Below, piece after piece: positions 1 through 8,441 of a stretch of 64,000 nt of DNA (position 1 is the stretch's first letter; each line of letters begins with the position of its first letter). Source of the stretch: Roseburia sp. (GTDB taxonomy: Bacteria > Bacillota > Clostridia > Lachnospirales > Lachnospiraceae); NCBI GenBank assembly GCA_023667765.1, contig JAMOZS010000006.1:537-64536 (forward strand), written 5' to 3'. A program made the translations under genes and the position numbers. Under the pieces are notes generated by a model. That model did no database searches. It was not told where the DNA came from and saw nothing but the letters and a program-made list of their open reading frames with translations.

Positions 1-797
1 TGACAAGAAATGTTCCATACCGCATTCAGGCTCCATTTATGGATAAGGTTAAAGGCAAAGAATGGGATGTGTCGGAAAGTGTGCTTATTTCTAAAATCAA
101 CCGAGAACGCAGACTAATGTATTATTTTGAGGCACTAAACGGTATGCAGACGGTTATACGATTCAATCCGGAGTGGCTTACCTATATACATCACAATCAA
201 GAGATAATAAAGGGGTGGCTGCAATATAATATCATTATATATTTACAAAAACGCAATCCCAGTGTTCCGGGAATTGCAGATAAATTATATCCACCACAAG
301 AACGGAAGTTAGAGAAAGTTAAAAAATATTGGAAGCTGTTATTGGGAATTTGGCCAATTCATGAAATATACGGGCATATGCAGTTGTCGGAGAGAGATAT
401 TTCAATTGACCATTTTGTACCATGGTCTTATGTGGCTCATGATGAATTTTGGAATTTGCATCCTACAACGCAAAGCATTAATAGCAGCAAGAACAATAAT
501 TTACCGGATTGGAATATTTATTTTCCGCAACTTGCAAAGTTAGAATTTGTTTCTTATGAGATGATGTGGAAATATGACGTTTTGCATGACGAATTTGAAA
601 AATGTGCAAAGGAGCATTTGAATGATAATACAGTGAGAATGAAACTCTATAAAAAAGGGCAGGATTTTATAAAGTTTTCCCACGCATTGGAAGAAGTTTT
701 GCAGCCAGTATATCAGTCTGCAAAGAATTGTGGATTTAAGGATTGGATTTATAAGGATGTGAAAGATAGTAATGAGCCAAACGGTATCTTATTATGA
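1..797 (+). CDS. HNH endonuclease domain protein, 5'-partial
   Basis: Frame is open from the window edge (TRNVPYRIQAPF before M39). HNH motif SIDHFVPWS...WNLHPTTQSINSSKNN. Confidence 0.8.
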   Translation, partial: TRNVPYRIQAPFMDKVKGKEWDVSESVLISKINRERRLMYYFEALNGMQTVIRFNPEWLTYIHHNQEIIKGWLQYNIIIYLQKRNPSVPGIADKLYPPQERKLEKVKKYWKLLLGIWPIHEIYGHMQLSERDISIDHFVPWSYVAHDEFWNLHPTTQSINSSKNNNLPDWNIYFPQLAKLEFVSYEMMWKYDVLHDEFEKCAKEHLNDNTVRMKLYKKGQDFIKFSHALEEVLQPVYQSAKNCGFKDWIYKDVKDSNEPNGILL

Positions 798-936
798 TAA
801 AAATGCGGAAGAGTTTTGTCGTGTAACAAAAGACGCTGATATGAATTTCTGCAGGGATAAATTTTTACGCCGTTTGAATCAGAAAGAATCTATTAGGATA
901 AGGGCATTGTGTATGGAGCTACAGAAAACTTTATAA
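772..936 (+). pseudogene. Truncated class I SAM methyltransferase (N-terminal 54 aa only)
   Basis: Hand translation MSQTVSYYDKNAEEFCRVTKDADMNFCRDKFLRRL... resembles the N-terminus of the MTases often found after such HNH genes. It stops before any DxGCGxG motif and overlaps the HNH stop. Confidence 0.55.
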
Positions 937-961
937 CAATACAGATAGAAGGAGAGACGAA

Positions 962-1218
962 ATGAAGTACACATGGATGATTATCTGATGAAAAAAACGG
1001 GTGTTACCAAAGATTTGAAAGAAGGGTGGAAGTGGATACACTATATGGTAGGAGGGAAAATGTTTGCTGCTATATGTTTAGGTGAGGCAAATGAGGATAA
1101 GCCTTTCTATATTACTTTGGAACTAAATCCGCTGGATAAATCCTACGCATTAGTGCTTCACAGCTTCAGAGAAAAGCGGCGACAAGAGATTTTGTTGACT
1201 ACATATTGTGGTCTGTAA
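962..1218 (+). pseudogene. MmcQ/YjbR-family DNA-binding protein, frameshifted and internally deleted
   Basis: RBS plus ATG at 962 (MKYTW) is out of frame with the 973 ORF (DDYLMKK...YMVGGKMFA). The ORF runs from ITLELNP straight into the C-terminal LDKSYALVL, missing the usual GYYMNKxHWN core. Confidence 0.65.
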
Positions 1219-1266
1219 GGTGGTTAAGAGTTTCCTGGAAAAGAAATAGAAGGGTGTTGGAATACC

Positions 1267-2151
1267 ATGCATGAAATGATTGCAAAGTCAATATTAAGTC
1301 CCCAAAACGGAATGAATCTTTACAGAGGATGTCTTCACGGATGCATCTATTGTGATGCTCGAAGTACATGTTATCAGATGAATCATGCATTTGAGGATAT
1401 TGCAGTTAAGGTGAATGCAGCGGAGCTTCTGGAAGACGCCCTGCGCAGAAAAAGAAAGCGTTGCATGATTGGAACCGGTGTCATGAGCGATCCGTATCTG
1501 CCGATTGAAAAGGAGTTGGGACTTACAAGGAGATGTCTGGAACTTATCGATAGATATGAGTTCGGGCTTGCGATTCAAACGAAATCAGATTTGATACTTC
1601 GTGATTTGGACCTGTTAAAGAGTATTAACAGAAATACAAAATGCGTAGTACAAATAACCATGACTACCTATGATGAAGAGCTGTGTAGGCTTCTTGAACC
1701 TGGGGTGTGTACTACAAAGAGGAGATTTGAAATTTTGGAAATTATGCGAGATGAGGGAATCCCCACTATATGCTGGATGACACCTATATTGCCATTTATA
1801 AATGATACGGAAGAGAATATTCGCGGACTTCTGGATTATTGCAGTGAGGCAAAAGTGTATGGAATTATGTTGTTTGATATAGGAGTTACCTTGCGAGCAG
1901 GAGACAGAGAATACTTTTATAAGCAGTTGGATAACTATTTCCCAGGGATGAAAGAGCAATATATCAGAACCTACGGGAATGCTTATGAGATTCCTTCTCT
2001 TAATAACAAAAAACTTATGAAGATTGTTAGAGATGAGTGCAGGCGTAACGGAATTGTTTGTGACAGCACGAGGCTTTTTTCCTACATGCGAGAGTTTGAG
2101 GATAAAGCTGCCGAAAAACAGATTACATTAGAGGATTATTTCAATGAATAA
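1267..2151 (+). CDS. Radical SAM protein (SplB/DNA-repair-photolyase-like family)
   Basis: CxxxCxxC (GCLHGCIYCD), followed by GVMSDPY and IQTKS motifs typical of the family. Confidence 0.8.
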   Translation: MHEMIAKSILSPQNGMNLYRGCLHGCIYCDARSTCYQMNHAFEDIAVKVNAAELLEDALRRKRKRCMIGTGVMSDPYLPIEKELGLTRRCLELIDRYEFGLAIQTKSDLILRDLDLLKSINRNTKCVVQITMTTYDEELCRLLEPGVCTTKRRFEILEIMRDEGIPTICWMTPILPFINDTEENIRGLLDYCSEAKVYGIMLFDIGVTLRAGDREYFYKQLDNYFPGMKEQYIRTYGNAYEIPSLNNKKLMKIVRDECRRNGIVCDSTRLFSYMREFEDKAAEKQITLEDYFNE

Positions 2152-2182
2152 ATAATAGAGGGAGACGTATCGGAGCTGCCAA

Positions 2183-2287
2183 ATGGAGTATATCAGAGTA
2201 AAGAAAGAGAATATTGATGAGGAGCATGTCTGCTGTGCAATTTCGAATAATAAGGATGTTCAGGGGGCTGTCCCACTAAGCAATTAG
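2183..2287 (+). pseudogene. N-terminal remnant of a YoaP-domain/GNAT protein
   Basis: Hand translation MEYIRVKKENIDEEHVCCAISNNKDVQ matches the family N-terminus as I recall it. Similarity ends at 2263, where a hairpin begins. Confidence 0.55.
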
Positions 2288-2436
2288 TGTAGAGTGCAGC
2301 TCCTTTTTGAAATTTTGTAACAAGGAAAAAGCTGCAAAAGTTGAAAATGGCGAATACTACTTGTAGTACTATTTATTTTGCAGGGATTATGTTTTATAAT
2401 ACAAGCAGGATGATTCTTGTTAGAAGGAAATAGATA

Positions 2437-2710
2437 ATGAATAGAGGAAGAAAGACAATTATTGCAGGGAATAAAATATCTGAGATATATGACTGGTCAC
2501 TGGGCGGCTATCATCAAAAAGTACTGATGAAGGGAGGGAAGCTACGCTTCCGATAGTTATTACATTGCATGGTGGCCCGGCACCCCTATTCCGTTTTCGG
2601 TTGGGTGTCGCGGCCTTTTCCCGGAATTTACAGACAATTTTATTATGAATTTACGTGGAAGGACAGATACGCAGAATGCATTTCTGTGGAAGAAAGGCTT
2701 CATAGGATGA
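2437..2710 (+). pseudogene. Alpha/beta hydrolase remnant with two frameshifts
   Basis: Three frames join to give MNRGRKTIIAGNKISEIYDWSLGGYHQKVLM / EGREATLPIVITLHGGP / PIPFSVGCRGLFPEFTDNFIM. HGGP is the oxyanion motif of proline-iminopeptidase-like hydrolases. Confidence 0.6.
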
Positions 2711-2788
2711 AAAGGCAAATCTTTTAACGAAAAGAGACTTAAAAATGAACAGGGTAAAAACTATAAAGCAGGATGGAGGAGGTATTTT

Positions 2789-3349
2789 ATGAAAAGGAAA
2801 TCAATAGGGACCAATTATTCGATGTGTGTACAACCGACATTTATAATAGGAACTTATAATGAAGACAATAGTCCTAATTTTGCTCCTATCACTTGGGTCA
2901 GCGCAACTTGTGAAGGTAAGGATTATATGATAGTGGTCAGTATGTTTGGAACGAAAAAAACCAAGCAAAATGTAATGAGGACAAAATCACTCTCCATCAA
3001 TTTAGCAAGTACGGACATGTTGCATCTGGTTGATTATTTTGGGAGTTCCCTGAAAAATATAAACAAAGCGGAGTATTCCTGTGAAAAGAGCCAATATGTA
3101 TTTGCTCCTGTTTTGGACGCAAGCCGCTGGGTATATGAATGTGAGGTGGCTACATCTGTAAAGACAGGCGCTTCTGATACCTTTTTTTGTAAAATAAAAA
3201 ATGTCCAGATAGATGAAAGGATAGAAATCGGAGATACTTTTGATATTGATTTGACAAAGTTTGACCCTATCATTTATTCAGGCAGATATCATTCTCTGGG
3301 GAGACATCTTGGTAAAATCGGAGATTTTTTGGAAGACAAATCGGACTAA
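2789..3349 (+). CDS. Flavin reductase-like (FMN-binding) family protein
   Basis: QPTFIIGTYNEDNSPNFAPITW, KKTKQN, SINLA and APVLDASRWVYECEV motifs. Strong GGAGGAGG RBS. Confidence 0.8.
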   Translation: MKRKSIGTNYSMCVQPTFIIGTYNEDNSPNFAPITWVSATCEGKDYMIVVSMFGTKKTKQNVMRTKSLSINLASTDMLHLVDYFGSSLKNINKAEYSCEKSQYVFAPVLDASRWVYECEVATSVKTGASDTFFCKIKNVQIDERIEIGDTFDIDLTKFDPIIYSGRYHSLGRHLGKIGDFLEDKSD

Positions 3350-3428
3350 GGCAGGTTTGATCGAAAAACAGCCCGGAAAAGAGGGGAAACACAAAAATGA
3401 ATCGGTATTGTGGAGGTGAAGCGGGGAC

Positions 3429-4526
3429 ATGGAAACTTATGCGCAGCATTCAATAAAACATTGTCTGGATATGTTGGCCCCCTTTGAACCGTCAACGCGG
3501 GAAGAAGAGGAGGGGCAATTACAATTTTATCGGTTTATGGTTTCGCTTTATCGGGAAATGTATCAGAGACCGGAAGAGTATCTGGTGTTTCCGAAGCCTT
3601 ATGAAGAATATATGACAAAATGGAAACAACAGGAAGCGCAGAAGAAAGAGAAGGAGCATGTCAGGAATCCCAGAGAAAGTACGCTGAGAAATACTTTTCA
3701 GCAGGCCATACAGTTTTACGCAATGTACTTTTATAATATAGGTTTGAGGAGTAAAGGTATTGAGGAGCAGTCCGGTTCGTTAATGATACGAAAGGAAGAT
3801 TATTCTGATGTTTTGAACCGGATGAATCGCATTCATGAATCGAAATATAATGCCGAGAGATATGAAAGATTATTAAAGCTTGGTATTCAGGTATATGAAA
3901 ACGGTGATACGGTTCATGTAAATTCTTCTTGCACTACCTATAAACGAATGATGGAGGGAATAGCGTATTTATGTAAAGCGCCCGACAGTAAATATAAGTT
4001 GATGAATTTCCTGCGCCTTGATTTCAAGAATGCATATTCGCCGATTCCGACGGTGCAGGACATATGCAAAACACTGTCCGTCAGGAGCTCCGAGGCCGTG
4101 AAAAGGTTAGAAGATAATTTGGCAGGAGTGAAAATCAGGGCGAAGATAAGGCCGCTGAGAGGAATTGTATCAGATTTTAAGTGGAAGGTCGAGTATGTTT
4201 ATAAGGGGAAAAACATATGTGGCTTCTATGCAGACAACGAATATTTCATGTTGTGTATTTATTTCAATGATTATCAGAATATTAATGAGTTTGCAAAGAT
4301 TTTATATGAGGAGAACCACGATTTATTTCAATGGTTTAAAAATCAGTTTCCCGAAAGATTATGTAAATGTCCCAGTAATCGACGGGTTTATTTTGGCGAT
4401 GAGCCCCGTCGTATTTGTGGATTGTCGAATCGGGCGGAAATTGTGAATCCTGACAAGAATGATATGGACAGAGCTTTGTATATATTAAGAAAATATCGTA
4501 ATATGGATTTACAGGTAGGATTATGA
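3429..4526 (+). CDS. Hypothetical protein (365 aa)
   Basis: Long ORF with GGAGGTG RBS. No family recognised. Confidence 0.7.
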   Translation: METYAQHSIKHCLDMLAPFEPSTREEEEGQLQFYRFMVSLYREMYQRPEEYLVFPKPYEEYMTKWKQQEAQKKEKEHVRNPRESTLRNTFQQAIQFYAMYFYNIGLRSKGIEEQSGSLMIRKEDYSDVLNRMNRIHESKYNAERYERLLKLGIQVYENGDTVHVNSSCTTYKRMMEGIAYLCKAPDSKYKLMNFLRLDFKNAYSPIPTVQDICKTLSVRSSEAVKRLEDNLAGVKIRAKIRPLRGIVSDFKWKVEYVYKGKNICGFYADNEYFMLCIYFNDYQNINEFAKILYEENHDLFQWFKNQFPERLCKCPSNRRVYFGDEPRRICGLSNRAEIVNPDKNDMDRALYILRKYRNMDLQVGL

Positions 4527-4591
4527 AAGAAAACAGGTGCGTGAAAGGAGCATTTGCAGTAATTGAGTTCAGCCATACGACAACGCGAAGT

Positions 4592-4629
4592 CAAAATTGC
4601 AGGGTGATTGAGATTGCCCTGCAGTTTTG
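4592..4629 (+). terminator. Intrinsic terminator-like hairpin
   Basis: caaaattgcagggtga / ttgccctgcagttttg 16 bp stem with G-U pairs, downstream of the 3429 ORF. Confidence 0.6.
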
Positions 4630-4758
4630 TTAATTGATAAGGAAGTAACGGGTTTTACTGGATTTTGGATTCTGGCTCTGGTATAATACATAAATAGTAA
4701 GTACCGCAGACGAAATTTTGCATTCGGCAAGCTTATGCCGGTGCAAGAAGGGGGGCAT

Positions 4759-6615
4759 ATGTCCGAATATAAGACGAGTGAAGATAATCCGTTACATAAA
4801 TCCTTTGGGATAGGCAGTAATACTTTATATATCCTGGGGAAATTAAAGCAGTACTGTCCGTCGGTTATACCGATTGCATTAACGGGAATTGTATGTGGCT
4901 CTATATTAGGTTATTTTTGGGGAATTGTGGGTAAATATGTCATTGACCTGGTGCAATCGGGCGACTCTATCGCTACAAATACGGAAGCGCTTTGGAAGCT
5001 TTTACTGGTTGCCGCAGTGATAGCAGTCGTTCTGGTTTGGGGCAACTGTTTTTCCGATAACAAAACCTGGTATCGTTTTATCTTTGTGCGCTCGAAGATG
5101 ATTACGGAGCGTATAGATAAAGCGCTATGTCTGAATTATCAGATGCTGGAGCGCCCAGAGATATTGGATATTCATGAGCGTGCCACGCAGGCTACAGGCG
5201 GTAATAGCAATGGTGTCGAAGGTATGATGAATCTTATGGTGACATTGGGCAGGAATCTGTTTACTGTTCTGGTAACGCTGGTGGCCGTATCGGTTTTGGA
5301 CTGGCGGCTGGTGGCCGGTCTCATGATTCTCGGCATATTGCAGTATCTATATTTTAAATGGATTATAAAGGTGGATAAGCTTGAGGTCTGGGATAAGCTG
5401 GCTCCGGTGTGGAGGCAGGTACACTATATGGCAAGGGTGACGCAGGATTTTGACTTTGCCAAGGATATCCGCCTTTTTGGCATGAGCGATTTCCTTGTAG
5501 AAAAGCAAAAGCAGGTGTTTGCCAGAAAAGAAGAACGTATGGATTATCATCTTGACCTGTGGTTTAAGCATTCTGTAGTGGTAAGGATTTTGTTCTTGAT
5601 TGGCAACGCTCTGATTTATGCGGCGCTGTTTACAGCAGTTTTGGCGCGGGGAATGTCCGTGGGTAATTTCACCATGTATCTGGCTTTAGCGGTGTCTTTT
5701 TCCGGAAGTCTGCTGGAGTTTTTGCATCGCTTTGGCGACTACGGGAAAGCCTCCTTGGAGGTGGACGATTTCAGATCCTTTATGGAGCTGAACAGGGAGG
5801 AGGAGAAGGATACGATTCCCATCCCGGAGGCGGAGGAGTACACGATAGAATTCCATGATGTCTCTTACCGTTATTTAAAGGCCCAAAAGGATGCGGTCAG
5901 TCATTTGAATCTGACATTGCGCCCGGGGGAGAAGCTGGCTGTGGTAGGGCTGAACGGAGCAGGTAAGACAACCATGATAAAGCTGCTGCTTCGTCTATAC
6001 GATCCTACGGAGGGTTTCATTACCTTAAATGGAACGGACATCAGGAAATTTGGCAGGGAGGCTTACTATAAGCTTTTTTCACCGGTTTTTCAGGATGTGA
6101 AGGTGTTCGCATTTCCTATCGCGGAAAATATATCCATGAAAACCCCAGAGGAAACAGATAAGGAGAGGGCTCAAAAGGCTGCCTTTGAGGCAGGGCTGGA
6201 GGATAAGCTTCGGGCTTTAGATAAAGGGATTGACACAGAGCTGTTAAAAATTGTGGACGAGGAAGGTGTGGACTTCTCGGGCGGCGAAAGGCAGAAGCTG
6301 GCGTTGGCTCGGGCACTGTATAAAGCGGCGTCGGTGGTGGTGCTGGACGAGCCCACATCTGCGCTGGACGCGTTGGCTGAGCAGCAGCTTTATGAGCGTT
6401 TCAACCATATGATAGGAGAGAAGGCGGCGGTTTATATCTCTCATCGTCTGGCCTCTACCCGCTTCTGCGACAGGGTGGCCATGTTTAAGGATGGCGCTAT
6501 AATTGAGTACGGGAGCCATGAGGAGTTAATGGCCTTGGGCGGGGAATATGCGTATATGTTTGAGGTACAGGCGCAGTATTATCAGGAAAATAAGGAAGGC
6601 GAGGTGGGGGCGTAA
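4759..6615 (+). CDS. ABC exporter, fused permease/ATPase (subunit 1 of a heterodimer)
   Basis: N-terminal TM helices, Walker A GLNGAGKT, signature FSGGERQK, Walker B VVLDEPT, H-loop ISHRL. Start placed at the ATG after the AAGGGGG RBS. Confidence 0.9.
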   Translation: MSEYKTSEDNPLHKSFGIGSNTLYILGKLKQYCPSVIPIALTGIVCGSILGYFWGIVGKYVIDLVQSGDSIATNTEALWKLLLVAAVIAVVLVWGNCFSDNKTWYRFIFVRSKMITERIDKALCLNYQMLERPEILDIHERATQATGGNSNGVEGMMNLMVTLGRNLFTVLVTLVAVSVLDWRLVAGLMILGILQYLYFKWIIKVDKLEVWDKLAPVWRQVHYMARVTQDFDFAKDIRLFGMSDFLVEKQKQVFARKEERMDYHLDLWFKHSVVVRILFLIGNALIYAALFTAVLARGMSVGNFTMYLALAVSFSGSLLEFLHRFGDYGKASLEVDDFRSFMELNREEEKDTIPIPEAEEYTIEFHDVSYRYLKAQKDAVSHLNLTLRPGEKLAVVGLNGAGKTTMIKLLLRLYDPTEGFITLNGTDIRKFGREAYYKLFSPVFQDVKVFAFPIAENISMKTPEETDKERAQKAAFEAGLEDKLRALDKGIDTELLKIVDEEGVDFSGGERQKLALARALYKAASVVVLDEPTSALDALAEQQLYERFNHMIGEKAAVYISHRLASTRFCDRVAMFKDGAIIEYGSHEELMALGGEYAYMFEVQAQYYQENKEGEVGA

Positions 6616-8408
6616 TGGAAGCGGAGGAGAAAGAGCTTAAGTCCATCCATAAATTGATGCCGGTTATCCGGGTTATGTTTTCCACGGCGGGAAAGCGTTA
6701 TCCCTGGTTTTTTGTGCTGGAGGCCCTGAAAACCCTGGTGCAGATTGCCCAGCCTTTTGTTGGAATTTTTGTGACGCCTCTGTTGGTAGATGAATTATGT
6801 ACCTCCCGCAATATAAGGACATTAATCATATATGCGGCTGTTCTGGTGGTAGGCGAGAGTGCATTGCTGCTGTTAAATGAGCGATTAGATATGACGCTTC
6901 AGAAATATCAGGAGAGACTGAATAATTATTTTGGAATGCAGATGGGATTGCATTCCATGGGACTGGATTTTCAGCTGACGGAGGATAAGGCGGCGCTGGA
7001 CCAGCTGGAGAAGGCGAAAACAGGCATGGATTGGTATTCGGGGGGAGCTTATGGAATCGCGGAACAGGTTTTTAAGTTTGCAGGTAATGTATTTAAGATT
7101 GCCGGCTTTGTTACGCTGATTACATTGCATGCGCCTTTTCTTTTAATTGTTATTCTGGCTTATATCCTGATGAATGCAGTTGTCACATCCAGGCGTAATG
7201 GCATAGAACTGCAGGCCTATCACGGGCTTTCCAGAATTAACCGCCTGTTTGGATATTTTGGGTGGAATATTGTAAATTTTGAGTACGGTAAGGATATCCG
7301 TCTGTATGATGCCCGTAAGATGATGGTTACAAGATGGCAGAAAAATTCGGATGAGAGTAACGCCATATGGAAGTGGCAGGCGGATTCCTCTTATGTCTAT
7401 GCACTTTTCTCTGAGATGGCAGCCTTGCTTAGAACGCTGATTACCTATTTTTATGTGGGGCTTCTCGTGATACGCGGCGCTTTTTCCGTGGGCGTTTTTA
7501 CCCAGATGATATCCGCCGCCAGTGCCCTGGACGCCACGCTGGGGGGACTGGTATGGAATATACAGGAGCTTATGAAGCGGTGTAATTATGCCTATGAATA
7601 TGTGCTCTTTATGCAGTATCCCGAGGCGCTGCCCAAGGGTGATAAACCGGTGGAAAAGAGAGAACATCGTATCGAGTTTCGGAATGTATCCTTTGCGTAT
7701 CCGGGAACGGACAGGAAGGTTCTGGACGGCGTGAATATTACGATTGAACCCGGGGAGCATTTGTCTATCGTGGGTCTCAACGGGGCCGGAAAGACTACCT
7801 TTATCAAGCTCCTCTGCAGGCTGTATGACCCCACGGAGGGGGAGATACTTCTGGATGGATGCGATATCAGGGAATATCGTTATAAGGAATATATGGAGCA
7901 ATTTGCGCCGGTATTTCAGGATTTCAAGCTCTTTGCGTTTTCGATTGCCGAAAATATTACGTTTCAGGAAGGCACGAATGCAGACCTGGAGGAGCTGCTG
8001 CATCTGGTGGAACTTGACGGCACCGTCGAAAAGCTGGAACAGGGTGTGGATACCAGATTGTTTAAATTATTCGAGGAGGCGGGAGTGGAGCCCTCCGGAG
8101 GGGAACAGCAGAAGCTGGCGATTGCCCGGGCGCTCTATAAGCAGGCGCCTGTGGTTATTTTGGACGAGCCCACGGCCGCTCTTGACCCGATAGCCGAATA
8201 CGAGATATACAGGCAGTTTCATACGCTTGTGGGAAATAAAACCGCTTTCTATATTTCGCATAGATTGTCCAGCTGTCGTTTCTGTGATTGTATTGCGGTT
8301 TTTTCGGAGGGGAAGATTGCCGAATATGGCAGTCATGAGGAATTGTCAGCCATTCCGAACGGTATCTATGCGAAGATGTTTGAGGCGCAGGCACAGTATT
8401 ACAGATAG
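6615..8408 (+). CDS. ABC exporter, fused permease/ATPase (subunit 2)
   Basis: Translationally coupled to subunit 1 (TAATG). GLNGAGKT, PSGGEQQK, ILDEPT, ISHRL. Confidence 0.9.
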   Translation: MEAEEKELKSIHKLMPVIRVMFSTAGKRYPWFFVLEALKTLVQIAQPFVGIFVTPLLVDELCTSRNIRTLIIYAAVLVVGESALLLLNERLDMTLQKYQERLNNYFGMQMGLHSMGLDFQLTEDKAALDQLEKAKTGMDWYSGGAYGIAEQVFKFAGNVFKIAGFVTLITLHAPFLLIVILAYILMNAVVTSRRNGIELQAYHGLSRINRLFGYFGWNIVNFEYGKDIRLYDARKMMVTRWQKNSDESNAIWKWQADSSYVYALFSEMAALLRTLITYFYVGLLVIRGAFSVGVFTQMISAASALDATLGGLVWNIQELMKRCNYAYEYVLFMQYPEALPKGDKPVEKREHRIEFRNVSFAYPGTDRKVLDGVNITIEPGEHLSIVGLNGAGKTTFIKLLCRLYDPTEGEILLDGCDIREYRYKEYMEQFAPVFQDFKLFAFSIAENITFQEGTNADLEELLHLVELDGTVEKLEQGVDTRLFKLFEEAGVEPSGGEQQKLAIARALYKQAPVVILDEPTAALDPIAEYEIYRQFHTLVGNKTAFYISHRLSSCRFCDCIAVFSEGKIAEYGSHEELSAIPNGIYAKMFEAQAQYYR

Positions 8409-8441
8409 AGAACTGTAAATAACACAATAGAGGAGATTGCC

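Noticed and set aside
7143-8003. 286 aa minus-strand ORF and many other long antisense ORFs (e.g. 21409-22206, 26047-26634, 28670-29263, 59866-60621, 61217-62446)
   Set aside because: They lie opposite well-supported genes, have no RBS or recognisable motifs, and are the usual shadow ORFs of biased codon usage.
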